This document shows, one piece after another, positions 1 through 16,058 of a stretch of DNA of 64,000 bases (position 1 is its first letter; the number at the start of each line of letters is the position of its first letter). Location: assembly GCF_009914755.1 (NCBI RefSeq), contig NC_060928.1, one strand, 5' to 3'. A program made the translations under genes and the position numbers. The notes under the pieces are model-generated. The model was not told where the DNA came from and searched no databases. It saw nothing but the letters and a program-made list of their open reading frames with translations. Source of the stretch: the human T2T-CHM13v2.0 reference genome, Homo sapiens.

Positions 1-560
<560 letters not shown>

Positions 561-604
561 TCAGCTAGAATCAGCTTCTGAGGTCTACAGTGAAGAGATC
601 TGAC

Positions 605-960
605 TAATTTATGTGGTGATTCCCTTCCTGAAAATGTACATGAGTACATTCTGGCCATTGAGATGTGATGGGAAGTTTGCCGGGAAACTTTTACAAAGGC
701 CTCCCTCGCCCTTAGAATGTGCCCAAGGAGAGGAATTCTCTCTTCCAAACTTTGGATGTTGTTGCATGAAGATAGGATATTTGCAGCTGCTATGGCCATC
801 ATGCAACCATGAGGGGACACACTGAGGACAAAGGCTAAAGCATAGGGGATGGCAGAGCCAAAGAGGGAAGAACTGAGGGTACATGAAGATGTCAGTAGGC
901 ATCTAACTTAATCCAGGAAATGCACTTCTCCAAAACTTTTTATGTGAGGTAAATATTTAT
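605..960 (+). mobile_element. MLT1 (I/J/K-like) MaLR LTR, degenerate
   Basis: ttctggccattgagatgtga...gcagctgctatggccatcatgcaaccatgagggg...atggcagagc MLT1 motifs. Confidence 0.6.
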
Positions 961-995
961 TCAAGGGTTCTCACTTGGTTTTATGACATGGCACT

Positions 996-1359
996 TGTTT
1001 TTGTCTGTTCTCATGCTGCTAATAAAGACATACCTAAGACTGGGTAATTTATAAAGAAAAAGAGGTTTAATGGACTCACAGTTCCACTTGGTGGGGCAGG
1101 CCTCACAATCATGGTGGAAGGCAAAGGAGGAGCAAAGTCACATCTTACATGGTGGCAGGCAAGAGAGAGAGCATGTGCAGAGGAACTCCCCTTTATAAAA
1201 CCATCAGATCTTGTGAGACTTATTCACTGTCATGAGAACAGCATGAGAAAGACTTGCCCTCATGATTCAGTTACCTCCCACTGGGTCCCTCCCACAACAG
1301 GTGGGAATTATGGGAGCTACAATTCCAGATTTGGGTGGGGACACAGCCAAATCATATCA
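996..1359 (-). mobile_element. THE1 (C/D-like) solo LTR
   Basis: gctgctaataaagacatacctaagactgggtaattt...ggggacacagccaaatcatatca; explains ORF 1111..1446. Confidence 0.92.
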
Positions 1360-2488
1360 CTGCTCATAGATAATGTTTGCATGATGATAATGTTTGCATG
1401 TCACACTGGCATAGGTGCACTGTGGAAGTTTATACTATACAATTAAGTTAGGAAAAGTAAAATGCAAATTACTAGGGAATATTTAGAATACAGAATTTCT
1501 ATAAAATTTCCAACTAAAATTTCAAAAATTTCAAATTTCCTTAATGAGGAACTTGAGCTGCTTGCATCTGTGAATACAACATAACTAAATCAGAGATTTA
1601 TGCTTGAAATGGCTACCTGAAATTACTGATGAAAATTTTTGATGATGATAGCTTCAAATACTTGAATATGACTGTCAACATGAAACTGCAAAAGTAAGAA
1701 GTTAAACATTTAAAAACTATTAAAATATATAATTGTTGAAATATATTTGACAAGTTCAATAACTAATTTTTCTCTCATTAATTTAATGCTAAAATTTCTT
1801 ATATCAATGCAAGTGAATTTCTCATCTAATGTAATTTTATACATCAAATATGTCAAAACAATTTAAAATTCTAATTTATAGATTCACTATTAAAATAGGG
1901 ACACTACAGCTAGCTCAGATGCCACTAAATGGTAATATCAGCTATAAAAGGACATAAGTGTCTAATGTACGTAAAGGCAAATGTTAGCACCACCATCTGG
2001 AGTTGTGCCTGCCAGGAGTGTCTGCATCACCCTCTACTCCACTCCCCAAAGCTTGGACTCCATGCCACATTCTTTAGGAACCTAGCACATGAAAATTCCC
2101 AGCAGCATCACTGGAGAAGTCCATGTCTTGGTAGAACGCCTCCTTGGCTACACTTAACATGTTGTGGTGGAGGTCTAGAAAACATTCCCACTTAGGCCAC
2201 CCTGTGATAAGCCCCCAAAGGGCTGCTTGTAGTAGGAGACAACCTGCCCAAGGATTCTATCATCTGGCTACCCAACGATGAGAGATCATGTTCTCACAGC
2301 ACAGGGTACCATAGCAGACTGTAGCCTTCTCTTTATACCATCTTGAGGTGAGTCTTTTTGTATTTGCAGCCTAAAGCATACTAGCTGGTATAACAGTACA
2401 TAAATTATGTTCAGGTTACAATGCCTTAATTATATTTTACTTGTAAAAGAAACATATAGTATGCCATTCCTAATTCATAGGGCAGTTA

Positions 2489-3357
<869 letters not shown>

Positions 3358-3914
3358 TCTAACATTTAAATCATTTCCATGTAAGTCAGAATATTGTTGA
3401 ATAAATTGACTTAATTTTATGGGTCTTTCAAAAACAAAATTTGATATTTGATGATGATACTCAGTTCTTAAACATCAAACAGACATTAATTGTATGGATT
3501 ATCCTAAAGCAGGAACCCCACTGTGACTCCAATCACAATCTAAAACCCTGCATGATATCTCATTAACAATGCATGCATCCCCCAACATCAAGCTGACGGC
3601 ATTCCTGAAAATAGTTTTTAAATTGACTGTTTGCAACTTCGTGTATTTTCTAAGAGAAAATATTGCATTTTCCAATAGATACTGTTCCAAATAGCCAAGC
3701 ATAGCCCCAATGCAAAGAATTATCCACTCATGTTCTGCTTTGCCAAGGAAGGGATGAAACAAGAGGGATTGGGCTTTGGGAGTTCTCCATGGCAGAGATG
3801 GCTATGCTTCAAGGTGCATCAGGAGCAAGAGGGACAGAGAGAGCCAATGTCAGAGGACAATAAATGATAGTGATGTCCAGAAGCTACAAAACGGAAAATA
3901 AGTCTATAAATAAC

Positions 3915-4033
3915 TGTACTGGGTTAGATAGCCCCCCACCATCTCAGAATTCATGTCTGTCCAGAACCTTAGAATGTGACCTTATCTGGAGACAATGCTT
4001 TTGCATATGTAATTCCTTAAATTATGATGAAGT
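3915..4033 (+). mobile_element. MLT1C/B LTR 5' part (split by L1)
   Basis: cagaaccttagaatgtgaccttatctggagac...gcatatgtaatt...atgatgaagt. Confidence 0.8.
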
Positions 4034-7000
4034 TTGGGGGCAGGACAAGATGGCCAAATAGACACAGCCAGGAAGAGCTTCTCCCACCAAGAAAGACCAG
4101 AATATCAAGTCAGCCAGCATATACCAAACAGATCTTTTGAGAGAATGCATTGAGAGTGGATGGAGAGACCACACAGACACCACGGCTGAAGTGGGAGGAA
4201 GCTAGGAACACTGCATGGGGTTGCCAAGCACTGAGACTCATTTCTGGCCCTAAAAGCCTCCTGAGGAAGGGGTGAGTGAGGTAACTGCAGAGCAGCCCAC
4301 TCTCACCGTGAACCTCTGGGATCTAGTTGCAGGAGATCCCATGGCCTCATGGATATTTGAGTTGGCAGAGAGAATTAACTGATGAGTTGGTAGAGACAGA
4401 GCACAATTCTCTATGGAGCCCAGGGAGTTTGGCACAGGGACAGGTACAAAGGAACATGGTCATAGGCACCCATCCCCAAAGGCTCTTCATACTCCTCTAG
4501 GTGGTTCTGACCTTTGTTAACTGCCAGATCTAGAGAGAGCAGGGCTATTTTTTCCATGGGACTGGGGCAAATCTGATCTGCACACCACCCCATCCACCAG
4601 CCTGCTTGCTTTCAAACAACCACACTAGCTCCCCAGCAATGGGTCTTAACCAGATGACATGCCTTAAATGACAGACATAGAATTCAGAATCTGCATGGCA
4701 AGGAAGCTCAATGAGATACAGGAGAAGGTTGAAACCCAATCCAAAGGAAACAGTAAAACAATCCCAAAGTTGAAAGATGACACAGCCATTTTAAGAAAGA
4801 ACCAAACTGAACTTTTGGAATTGAAAAATTTATTACAGGAATTTCATAATACAATTGGAAGTATTAACAACAGAGTAGAAGAAGTTGAGGAAAGAATCTC
4901 AGAGCTCAAAGACTGTTCCTTTGAATCAATGCAAACAAAAATAAAGAAAAAGTATTTTTTTAAATGAACAAAACCTCTGAGAAATAAGGGATCATGTAAA
5001 GAGACCAAACCTATGACTCATTGGCATCCCAGAAAGAGAGGGAGAGAGAGCAAGCAACTTGGAAAACATATTTGAGGATATTGTCCATGAAAATTTTCCC
5101 AGCGTTGCTAGAGAAGCGGACATGCAAATCCAAGAACTTTAGACAACCCTAGCAAGATACTATATGAGATGACCATCCCCAAGACACATAGTCATCAGAC
5201 TCTCTTAGGTGATTGTGAAATAAAAAAAATATTAAAAGCAGCTAGAGAGAAGGGTTGGGTCATGTACAAAGGGAATCCCATCAGGCTAACAGCAGACTTT
5301 CAACAGAAACCATGTAAGCCACAAGAGATTAGGGACCTATATTCAGCTTCCTTAAAGAAAAGAAATTCCAACCAAGAATTTCATATCCAGTCAAACTAAG
5401 CTTCATAAGAGAAGAAGAAATAAAATCTTTATCAAATAAACAAATGCTCAGGGAGTTTGTTACTACAAGACTTGCCTTACAAGAGGTCCTTAAGGGAGTG
5501 CTAAACATTGAAATAAAAGAAAGACACATTCCACCACAAAAACACACTTTAGCATATAGCCCACTGACATTATAAAGCAACTACACAGTCAAGTCTACAT
5601 AAAAACCAGCTAACAACACAACTGATCCCACAGAAATACAAAAAATACTCAGAGACTATTACAAACACCTTTAGGCACACAAACTAGAAAACCTAGAAGA
5701 AATGGATAAATTCTGCCCCCCCAAAAAAAACAACCTCCCAAGATTGAAACAGGAAGAAATTGAAACCCTAAACAGACCGATATTGAGTTCCAAAATTGAA
5801 TCAGTAATTTTAAAAAGTACCAATAAAAAAAGTCCTGTACCAGATGGATCCACAGCCAAATTCTATTCGAGGTACAAAAAGAGCTAGTACCAATCCTACA
5901 GAAATTATTCTAAAAAATCTAGAAGGAGGGACTCCTCCTTAACTCATTCTGTAAAGCCAGCATTATTCTGATATGAAAACCTGACAAAGACACAACAAAG
6001 AAAAGAAAATTTCAGGCCAATATCCCTGATGAACATAGAGGCAAAAATTCTTCAACAAAATACTTGCAAACCAAATCCAACAGCACATCAAAAAGTTAAT
6101 TGACCATGATCAAGTAGGCTTCATTCCTGGGATGCAAGGTTGGTTTAACATACGTAAATCAATAAAGTTGATTTACTACATACAAGAATTAAATACAAAA
6201 ACCATATGATCAATGTAATAAATGAAGAAAAGTCTTTTGATAAAATTTGACATTGCTTCATGTTGAAAAAACCCTCAACAAATTAGGCATTGAAGGAACA
6301 TACCTCAAAATAATAAGAGCCATCTATGACAAATCCATAGCCAACATCATACTGAATGGTGGAACATCATACTGAACGCTGGAAGCATTCCCCTTGAGAA
6401 CTGGAAGGAGACAAGAATGCCAACTCTTACTATCACTCCTATTTAGCACAGTACTGGAAGTCCTAGCCAGAGCAGTCAGGCAAGAGAAAGAAAGATAAAA
6501 CATCCAAATAGGAAAAGAAGAAATCAAATTATGTCTCTTTACAGATAACATGATTCCTATACCTAGAAAACCCTAAAGACTCCACCAAAAGGCCTCTAGA
6601 ACTGATAAATGACTTCAGTAAAGTTCCAGGATACAAAATCAATGTACAAAATTCAGTGCATTTCTATACACCAATAGCATTCAACCTGAGAGCCAAATCA
6701 AGAATGCAATTCCATTTACAATAGCCACAAAAAAATACCTGGGAATATATCTAACCAAGGAGGTGAAAGATCTCTACAACAAGAATTACAAAACACTTCT
6801 AAGAGAAATCAGACAACAACACAAACAATGAAAAAGCATCCCATGCTCATGAGTAGGAAGAATCAATATTGTTAAAATGGCCATAGTGCCCAAAGGAATT
6901 TATGATGTCAATAATATTCTTATCAAGCTACCAATATAATTTTTCACAGAATTAGAAAAAACTATTCTAAAATTCATATGGAATCAAAAAAGAGCCCAAG

Positions 7001-8378
7001 TAGCCAATGTAATTCTAAGCAGAAAGAGTAAAGCCAGAGGCATCATACTATCTGACTTCAAACTATACTACAAGGTTAGAATAACAAAAACAGCATGGTG
7101 ATGGCATAAAAACAGACACATAGACCAAAAGAACAGGATAGATAACCCAGAAATAAGGCTGCACACCTACAACCATCTAATCTCTGACAAAGTCAACCAA
7201 TACAAGCAATGGTGAAAGGACTCCCTCTCTATTCAATAAATGGTGCTGGGGTAGCTGGATAGCCATATGCAGAAAATTGAAACTAGACCCCTGCCTTTTA
7301 CCGTATATGAAAATTAACTCAAGATGGATTAGAGATCTAAATATAAGACCTAAAACTATAGTAATTCTAGAAAAAACCTTAGGAAACACCATTCTGGACA
7401 TCAGCCTTGGCAAAGAATTTATGAGTAAGTCCGCAAAATCATTTGCAACATAAATAAAAACTGACAAGTAGGCCTAATTAAACTAAAGAGCTTCTGCACA
7501 GCAAAGGAAACTATTAACGGAGTAAACAGACAACCTACAAAATGGTAGAAAATGTTCTCAAACTATGCATCCAACAAAGGTGTAATCCAGAATCTATAAG
7601 GAACTTAAACAATTGAACAAGCAAAAAACAAATAACCCTGTTAAAAAATGGGCATAAAACATGAACAGACACTTCTCAAAAGAAGACATACAATCAGGCA
7701 ACAAACTTGAAAAAATGTTCAACATCACTAATCATTAGAGAAATGCAAATCCAAACCAAAATGAGATACTATCTTACACCAGTCAGAATGGCTGTTATTA
7801 AAAAGTCAAATTACAGATATTGCCAGGACTGCAGAGAAAGGTGAACACTTATACACTGTTGGTGGGAATGTAAATTAGTTCATCCACTGTGGAAAGCATT
7901 TGGGAGATTTCTCAAAGAACTAAAAACAGAACTCCCATTCCACCCAGCAATCCCATTACTAAGTATACACCCAAAGGAAAACAAATCATTCTACCAAAAC
8001 GTCATATGCACTTGCATGTTCACCCCAGCACCATTCACACTACCAAAGACGTGGACTCAACCTAGATGCCCATCAGTGATGGACTGGATAAAGAAAATAG
8101 TATGTATATACCATGGAATACTATGCAACCATGAAAAAGAACAAAATCATGTCCTTTGTAGCAACACGGATACCCCAGCTGGACACTAACATCATAAGTG
8201 AATTAACACGGGAGCAGAAAACCAAATACCACATGTTCTTACATACATATGGGAGCTAAACACTGAATACACATGGACACAAAGATGAAAACAATACACA
8301 TTGGGGATGACTAGAGGGAGGGTGCGAGTGTTGGAAAACTATCAGATACTATGCTCACTACATGAGTGACAGGATCAA
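4034..8378 (+). mobile_element. L1PA15/16-like LINE-1: 5' UTR start retained, internally deleted, ORF1/ORF2 disrupted
   Basis: ggggcaggacaagatggcc 5' start; ORF1 remnant (ORF 4668..4967 MTDIEFRI...); RT-region text (ccaatatccctgatgaacata, cattcctgggatgcaaggttgg); 3' UTR to tgacaggatca. Confidence 0.93.
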
Positions 8379-8690
8379 AGAAGACGAAGTCTTCCTGCAT
8401 CAGGGTGGGCTCTAAATCCAATTACTGGTGTTCCTATAAGACACAAAGAAAGGAATAAGGGAATGTGAGGATGGAGGCAGGGGTTGGAGTGATGCAGCTA
8501 AAAGCCAAGGAACACCAAGGATGTCTGGAAGCCACTAGAAGCTGAAACGAGCAGCTTTGGAGGGAGTAGGGCCTGGCCAACACCTCGACTTCAGATTCTA
8601 GCCTCCTGAACTACAGGAGAATAAATTTATATTGTTTTAAGGCACACAGTTTGTGGTAATTTGTCATGGCAACTCTGGGAAACTAATCCA
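8379..8690 (+). mobile_element. MLT1C/B LTR 3' part
   Basis: cagggtgggctctaaatccaattactggtgtt...gtttgtggtaatttgtcatggcaac...aactaatcca continues the LTR from 4033. Confidence 0.85.
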
Positions 8691-8964
8691 ATAGCTAAAA
8701 AAAAAAAACCCTGGGAGCTGGGTCTTGGATCAAAAAAGATTAATCATTTGTTTTCAAATATCAATTCCTGTCCCCTCTGTTCTCAGGGAATTTTATAACC
8801 AGTTTCTTATTTCTGTAGCTGCCAAGAGAGTAGAACAGAGGAGAATCTCTCGTTTTACATTAAAATGTCGTGAGATGCAATGTAAAGTAATGTGATATGA
8901 TGTAATGTCATATCCTAAAGTCAGGGTTAAATTCCACCTAAATGCTTCTAGTAATGGGAACGAT

Positions 8965-9490
<526 letters not shown>

Positions 9491-10325
9491 CTATATGCCT
9501 CGTAAACATGGGAATGCCACGCAAAATGATTCTTTAAAAAACAACAAAAAACTATTCTTTCTGTTTGCTGAAATATAATATGGGCAAGTTAAGATCTGGG
9601 GAAAAAATCTCAATTCATAAAGCGGCAGAGCAGACGCATATGCATAGAAAACTATCCACAAGAAAATAAATCAGCAGAAGTATGTCATGTCTTAATTTTT
9701 TTAAAAGCAACATTTTTCATTTTTCAACGTTGTGGTGCTGCCACCATTACACACACACAGCCCTCCAAAAAGAATCTTGACCTAAACTTTATAATTTATA
9801 CAAAAAAGAATTCACAATGAGTCATAGATTTATGCATTCAAATGTAAAATGTAAAACAATACTACTTTTAGAAGGAAACAGGATATAGGAAAGGAATTTT
9901 TTTTATTACCATTCTTTTTCTTTTTTTTTTTTTGAACATACAAAAAGCTATACAAAATGATTCTTTTATGCAGATAAAAATATCCCAGACACTCTCTTCA
10001 CTCCTCACATCCTTACCCAGTGGCCTAGAGCATATCTCAAATGAGCCTGGTAGATCATTTGATCACAACTCAAGTCTTGGTGTCCAGTTAACCTTTTTTG
10101 AGACTGTTGTTATGTACTCAGCCATGACATTGTCTTCCTTAAGGTGCATGGGTTAGGTGACACATCAAATCATTTTTACCTTTAAGGAATTAAGACGAAT
10201 ATTGGTGAAGTAAACTTGCCAGGGCCACCCTTCTGGTTTTCCTAACTTCCCTAACTTTTAAAAATCCTTCACTCTTTCCCTTTCATCTACAGGATAAAAT
10301 TCAAACTCCTTGGTATGTTTTATAC

Positions 10326-10879
<554 letters not shown>

Positions 10880-11915
10880 CAGTTCTTCAAAAGCTGCTGC
10901 ACCCTAAATTGTATACTCCATCTTCAGTCACACTGAAGTTCTTATACTTTTCAAATTCACATGCTGTTTTAATTATTTGAGCCTCTGCATAGTCTATATG
11001 TTTTGTTTGCATGCCTTTCTCCATCTTTTCTCATTCCATTATCAGGTTAGCAAACTCCCATGGACAGCAGACCATTCCATATGAGCTACTGGCAACACTT
11101 ACCCCATTGCATTGTAACTATTCATTAATTGACCTGTAATTAACCATTGATGTGATCACAGCTTACTGATCATAGTACCTCAAGGAACATACTTGCTTGC
11201 TGCATACTTCCAGCCAGTGCTGTCACTTTGTATTACATCAATCACACCCTGTTGTAGTGTGTATGTTTCTGCTTGCATATTTTCTTTGGCTGCTAGGAAT
11301 CCCAGAGCCAAAATAGAGGCTTCATGTCAGCCACCATAGAAGACTTTACAACATGCACATGTGTGTTTCTCTCCTCTATCCTAGGCCACCTCCTTATTCG
11401 GACATATTTCCTGTAGATCTGATATTTTGTTTGCATTTTGCTATTTTATGTGGGCATTGCTTAAAAGCTACCTCAAACATTTGTATAAAAAGGCAGGATT
11501 CATTCATTCATTTCTTCATCTGCAACTAAGTCATATTTCCCCTTGATCACTTTTTGTACTTTTTCAAAGTAGAAACACTCTGTATTTTTACCTAGAACCT
11601 AGTGATGTACTTAGTATATTGATGACATTATTTCAGGAATAATTGTGAAATAAAATGAATAATAATAGCCAGAAGAGAAATGGATAAATAATAAAATTTG
11701 CTAATTTGAGGCTTATCTATATATTATTAAATCCAAAGGTAACAGCTATAATTGTGTAGAACTTACACTAATACAAGTTTTTTGAGGAAAGGCATTTTAT
11801 CTCTGACATGGTTGAAGACTGTTCATGATGTGGTGATAATAAAAAGTAACCATCTCTTAATTGGCTTTATTATCGTTTTCAAATTCTCCACAGAAAATGT
11901 ACACCTACTCCCCCC

Positions 11916-11971
11916 CACCACACACACAGGCATGGGTGTGCACACACACACACACACACACACATACACAC
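11916..11971. repeat. Interrupted (CA)n microsatellite
   Basis: Direct inspection. Confidence 0.9.
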
Positions 11972-14265
11972 CAGATATTCAGAAACATCATTGCTAGAAC
12001 CTAAACTGGTGGATTAAAACTTCATATTTGGAAGTTTCAAGTTAAAAATACAGCAAAGTGGTATCCACATTGCTTTCTGGGATTCATTTTTCCTTTATGT
12101 TTTAATAAATAAATGTCTCCTCACATAACAGCTAACCATCTTCAAGTGTCACATCTTCAACCCTTTGGTATGCTAATACACTTAGGTTGACTTTATGGTG
12201 TCAGAAATGTTCTAATATTACAGTTTAGCTCTAGACTTGGATGCTTGATCCTTGCTCAGGTAAGATGGCTTTCTGAATTCAGAAGAAAAATGAGATATAT
12301 AGATCAAAACAAATCGGCACGCAAAAACCATTCTCTAAATGAGTCATGGGAAATGAAGCTTGTTGACTAGAACTTGCTTTATTAAGACTGAAATTAAGAT
12401 TTACATCCAGAAGTAGGTTTGATGAGAGCCACTAGAACTGGCATGCTTTGAGAATGACAGCAGAACAACCTTTGTGTTTATCTTGCAAAGCAACTGAACT
12501 TCAGTTAAATGGAGGCCAGAGAGGGATGCTGAATGTGTTCATCTGAATATCTGAGGTTTGGAAAAAATCTCCTTCTTGTTTGAACCATATCAGTTCATTT
12601 TCTAGCCCTGGTACATATAAAGGACCTATGCCACGATTAACATTCAAGAACTGCTTAGCCCTCCAGCATGTTCATGTCAACACCTGTAGAATACTGTAAA
12701 TGTGGAGGGGGCGCAGATTCAATTCAAAGGAATTCAGTGTGTTTCCCAAGGATCTATTATGACTAGACTCAATGTGTTGATGTGACCTACTCTAGGACAG
12801 ATTTTAGTTATTGCTTACCTATTGGCTTTCATTCCATTAAAAAAAATCTGGATCACGGCTTCCCTGGTTGTCATTTGCTTCTTTCCTTCTCCTCTAGACA
12901 ACAGTCCAAATAACTATGTGCTCAGGTAAGTTGGTTTCATTTAATTGAACCAGATAGTGGAGGCAATTGTAGTCATTTTATATAACTTTTGCATCTAAAG
13001 AAGCCATTTAGAAATATTCAGGTACAAATCCTACAGGCCATCCCCACTCTGTGCCTATTGAACCTTTGTGAGATTGTCATGCTCCCAGGCTTTAATGGAT
13101 ACAGTTGAGGATCACACGCTCTTAGTATGCCCAGAAGGATCATTGAAATTGGGCTGTAGTAAACACCTCTTGTTAGCGTTAGAGGTACCCTCATCCTGAC
13201 CCAGTGAGCCTTCCCCACTGGCCTCTCTCCTCCAGCAGATAACAAGATGTGGCATGCACAATGGAAGCTTCCTTTTCTCTTGGCAGATCCTGAATGGAGC
13301 CAAGGGGAACAGTTGCAAAACAGAAAATTGACTATGATGGAAGACTCTTTGGTGCTACATCTGATATGATTAACAATTTATTTTGGCAACACCCAGGATG
13401 GGTTTCATATGGTTTTCCTGAATTCAACAGGATTCCTGCCAGCAGAATCAGGAACACTAAGAAATAATCCAGGCTGAGGGAGAAAAAAAACAACATGCCA
13501 TCTTGCAAAGTGTTTCATAGCGTTGACTCTGTGATCTGGAAAACAGCCATTGCTCTCAATCCCTCTATTTCCAACTGCTCATCAACTATTGTCTTCCCAG
13601 TCTTGGGTTGATAGATGGGCTTATAATTAGCATGGTAGATGGCCCAGAGGAGAAACCATTGTAAGAAGGGAGATGAAAGATGTGGCAGCCAAATATTTTT
13701 CAATACACAAATATTCTTAAAATATGGATGTTCTATCCAAGTTATCATCTGTAAGAAACACAATTGCTACATATTGTGGACTTTCAGAGTTAACTGCTCT
13801 TACAGGAATCTACTTTTAGGCTGAAAGAAAGACTATTCTGCTGTACAGAAATGCTTCTCTCCCAGAATTGAAGCTTCTATCTCTGCAGAAGGACTTCTAC
13901 TAACATAATATTCTTGGGTTTTCTCTGCTTTCCAACCTTTTTTCTTCCTCAGGGTGGGTTTGAAGGAGGACCTGGGCATGCATTCCTGAGCTTCTTCCTC
14001 TTCTGTTTCTCCTGGGAGTGAGCCCACCTGCAGAGAGAATAAGTCTCCATTGCTCCCAAACATGGGAGAAGCCTGCTGGGGAGACCTGGCCATGACTAGA
14101 TGTGTGTCTACAGTAGGAAGCCCACCTGCTTGTACCTATAAGGCATGTTCTAAAATATTAGCATTAGGAAGCCACTTATTTGTACCTATTAGCCATGTTC
14201 ATAATATTAACATCATCAATAATAAGGGTGATGTTTGGGTCCTGTTTTATTTCTCAATTGGTTCA

Positions 14266-14608
<343 letters not shown>

Positions 14609-14623
14609 TTAATTAGTGTTTCC

Positions 14624-15066
14624 CGCTATGATTAGAATATTTGTCTCCTCCAAAACTCATGTTGAATTTCAATCCCCAGTGTGGCAGTGTTGAGAAATGT
14701 AGCCTTTAAGAGGTGATCGAATCATAAGGGTTCTGTCCTTGTGAATGAATTAATTCATTAATAGATTAATGGACTAATGGGTTAATGGATTCATGGGTTA
14801 ACATGGGAGGGGAACTGGCGACTTTATAAGAAGAAGAAGAGAGGCCTGAGCGAGGATGTTAGCACGCCCAGCCCCCTTGCCACGTTATGCCCTGAGCCAC
14901 GTCAGGACTCTTCAGAGATCTCCCCCCAGCAAGAGGGCGCTCACCAGATATGACCCCTCAACCTCAGACTTCTCAACCTCCATAACAGTAAGAAACAAAT
15001 TCGTTTTCCTTATAAATTACTCAGCTTCAAATATTCTGTTATAAGCAACAGAAAACAGACTAATAT
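14624..15066 (+). mobile_element. MST-family MaLR solo LTR (MSTB2/C/D-like)
   Basis: ctccaaaactcatgttgaa...ggattcatgggtt...ttataagcaacagaaaacagactaatata. Confidence 0.88.
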
Positions 15067-15407
15067 AGGCCCCCTACAAGCCTCAACAGATGCTCAGCCA
15101 GTAGCCGATTTCATCTGATAGGAAATATGTTTTCACATTGTTTTCTACTTATCTTTCACGTTAGCATTTCCTTCACCTTGCACTGGATTAAAAGAAACAT
15201 CTTGGTATTCAGCTTTGGACTTATGTAAACAAATAGGCTGCAGAATCATATGACTATGACATGGGACATCATTTGGCCTTGACATTTTGCCTTAGGCCTT
15301 GCACACTCCTCTTCATTCACTCAGAGGTCCAAGACTGTCCACATTTCCTTTTATTCTTCCTGTGGTGTACATTCTCAGGATTGTATTAGAGAATATTAAA
15401 GTGTCTA

Positions 15408-15590
15408 AGCCTGGCACAGTGGCAAACACCTGTAATCCCAGCTATTCCAGAGGCTGAGGTGGGAGGATCACTTGAGCTGAGGAGTTGGAGGCTGTAGTGT
15501 GCTGTGATTGAGACTGTGAATAGCCACTGTACTCCAGTAGGGCAACAGAGTGAGACCCCACCTCTAAAAAAAGGTGGAAAAAAAAATAAA
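15408..15590 (+). mobile_element. FAM (fossil Alu monomer)
   Basis: Monomer retaining gactgtgaatagccactgtactccag, the 7SL-like segment of FAM. Confidence 0.8.
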
Positions 15591-15939
15591 AGCTTCTTTA
15601 TCTGGATAGCAGTTAGATGGACTTGAAATTGGCAATGAGACTCTGCTTTGATCTTTAATTGCGAGGTCAGTCAAGAAGGGCATGGCCGTGATTAAATTGA
15701 ATATTAAAACTAGAGAGAAGGAGAGAGATGCCAAGAAGGGAAAGTCAGCTTCTAACCCCCTTGATCTGCAGCTAAGAAGTTTGTAAATCAGTATTTGCAG
15801 AAGAATATTGTTGAGAGTTTACAGTATCAATGAGATACCAACAAATTAGGACATGTGTCCATGACCATAACACATAATCGATAAAGTAAGGCCCTAACAT
15901 TAATTGTTCCCAAACTTTTTCATCCACATTATCAAATTT

Positions 15940-16058
15940 GATCCTTGCTCTGTGAGGTAGACAATATCATCCCCATTTTAAGAGTTTGGCAAACCGAGGC
16001 CCAGTGGGATAGAGTAACTTGCTCAAATTTCTCCAGCGTGTTAAAATCAGATTCAAAC
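15940..16058 (-). mobile_element. MIR (interrupted by LTR)
   Basis: ctgtgaggtagac...atccccatttta...gaggccca...gtaacttgctcaa. Confidence 0.7.

Noticed and set aside
1460-1920. AT-rich stretch as a possible hAT transposase remnant
   Set aside because: No open frame or TIR I can support; the resemblance is too vague.
2345-2353. Isolated strong donor GAG|GTGAGT (others at 16245 and 18211)
   Set aside because: No convincing paired acceptor; such 9-mers are expected by chance in 64 kb and two lie in repeats.
4668-4967. 99-aa coiled-coil-like ORF
   Set aside because: L1 ORF1p remnant that has lost its N-terminus and is frameshifted downstream.
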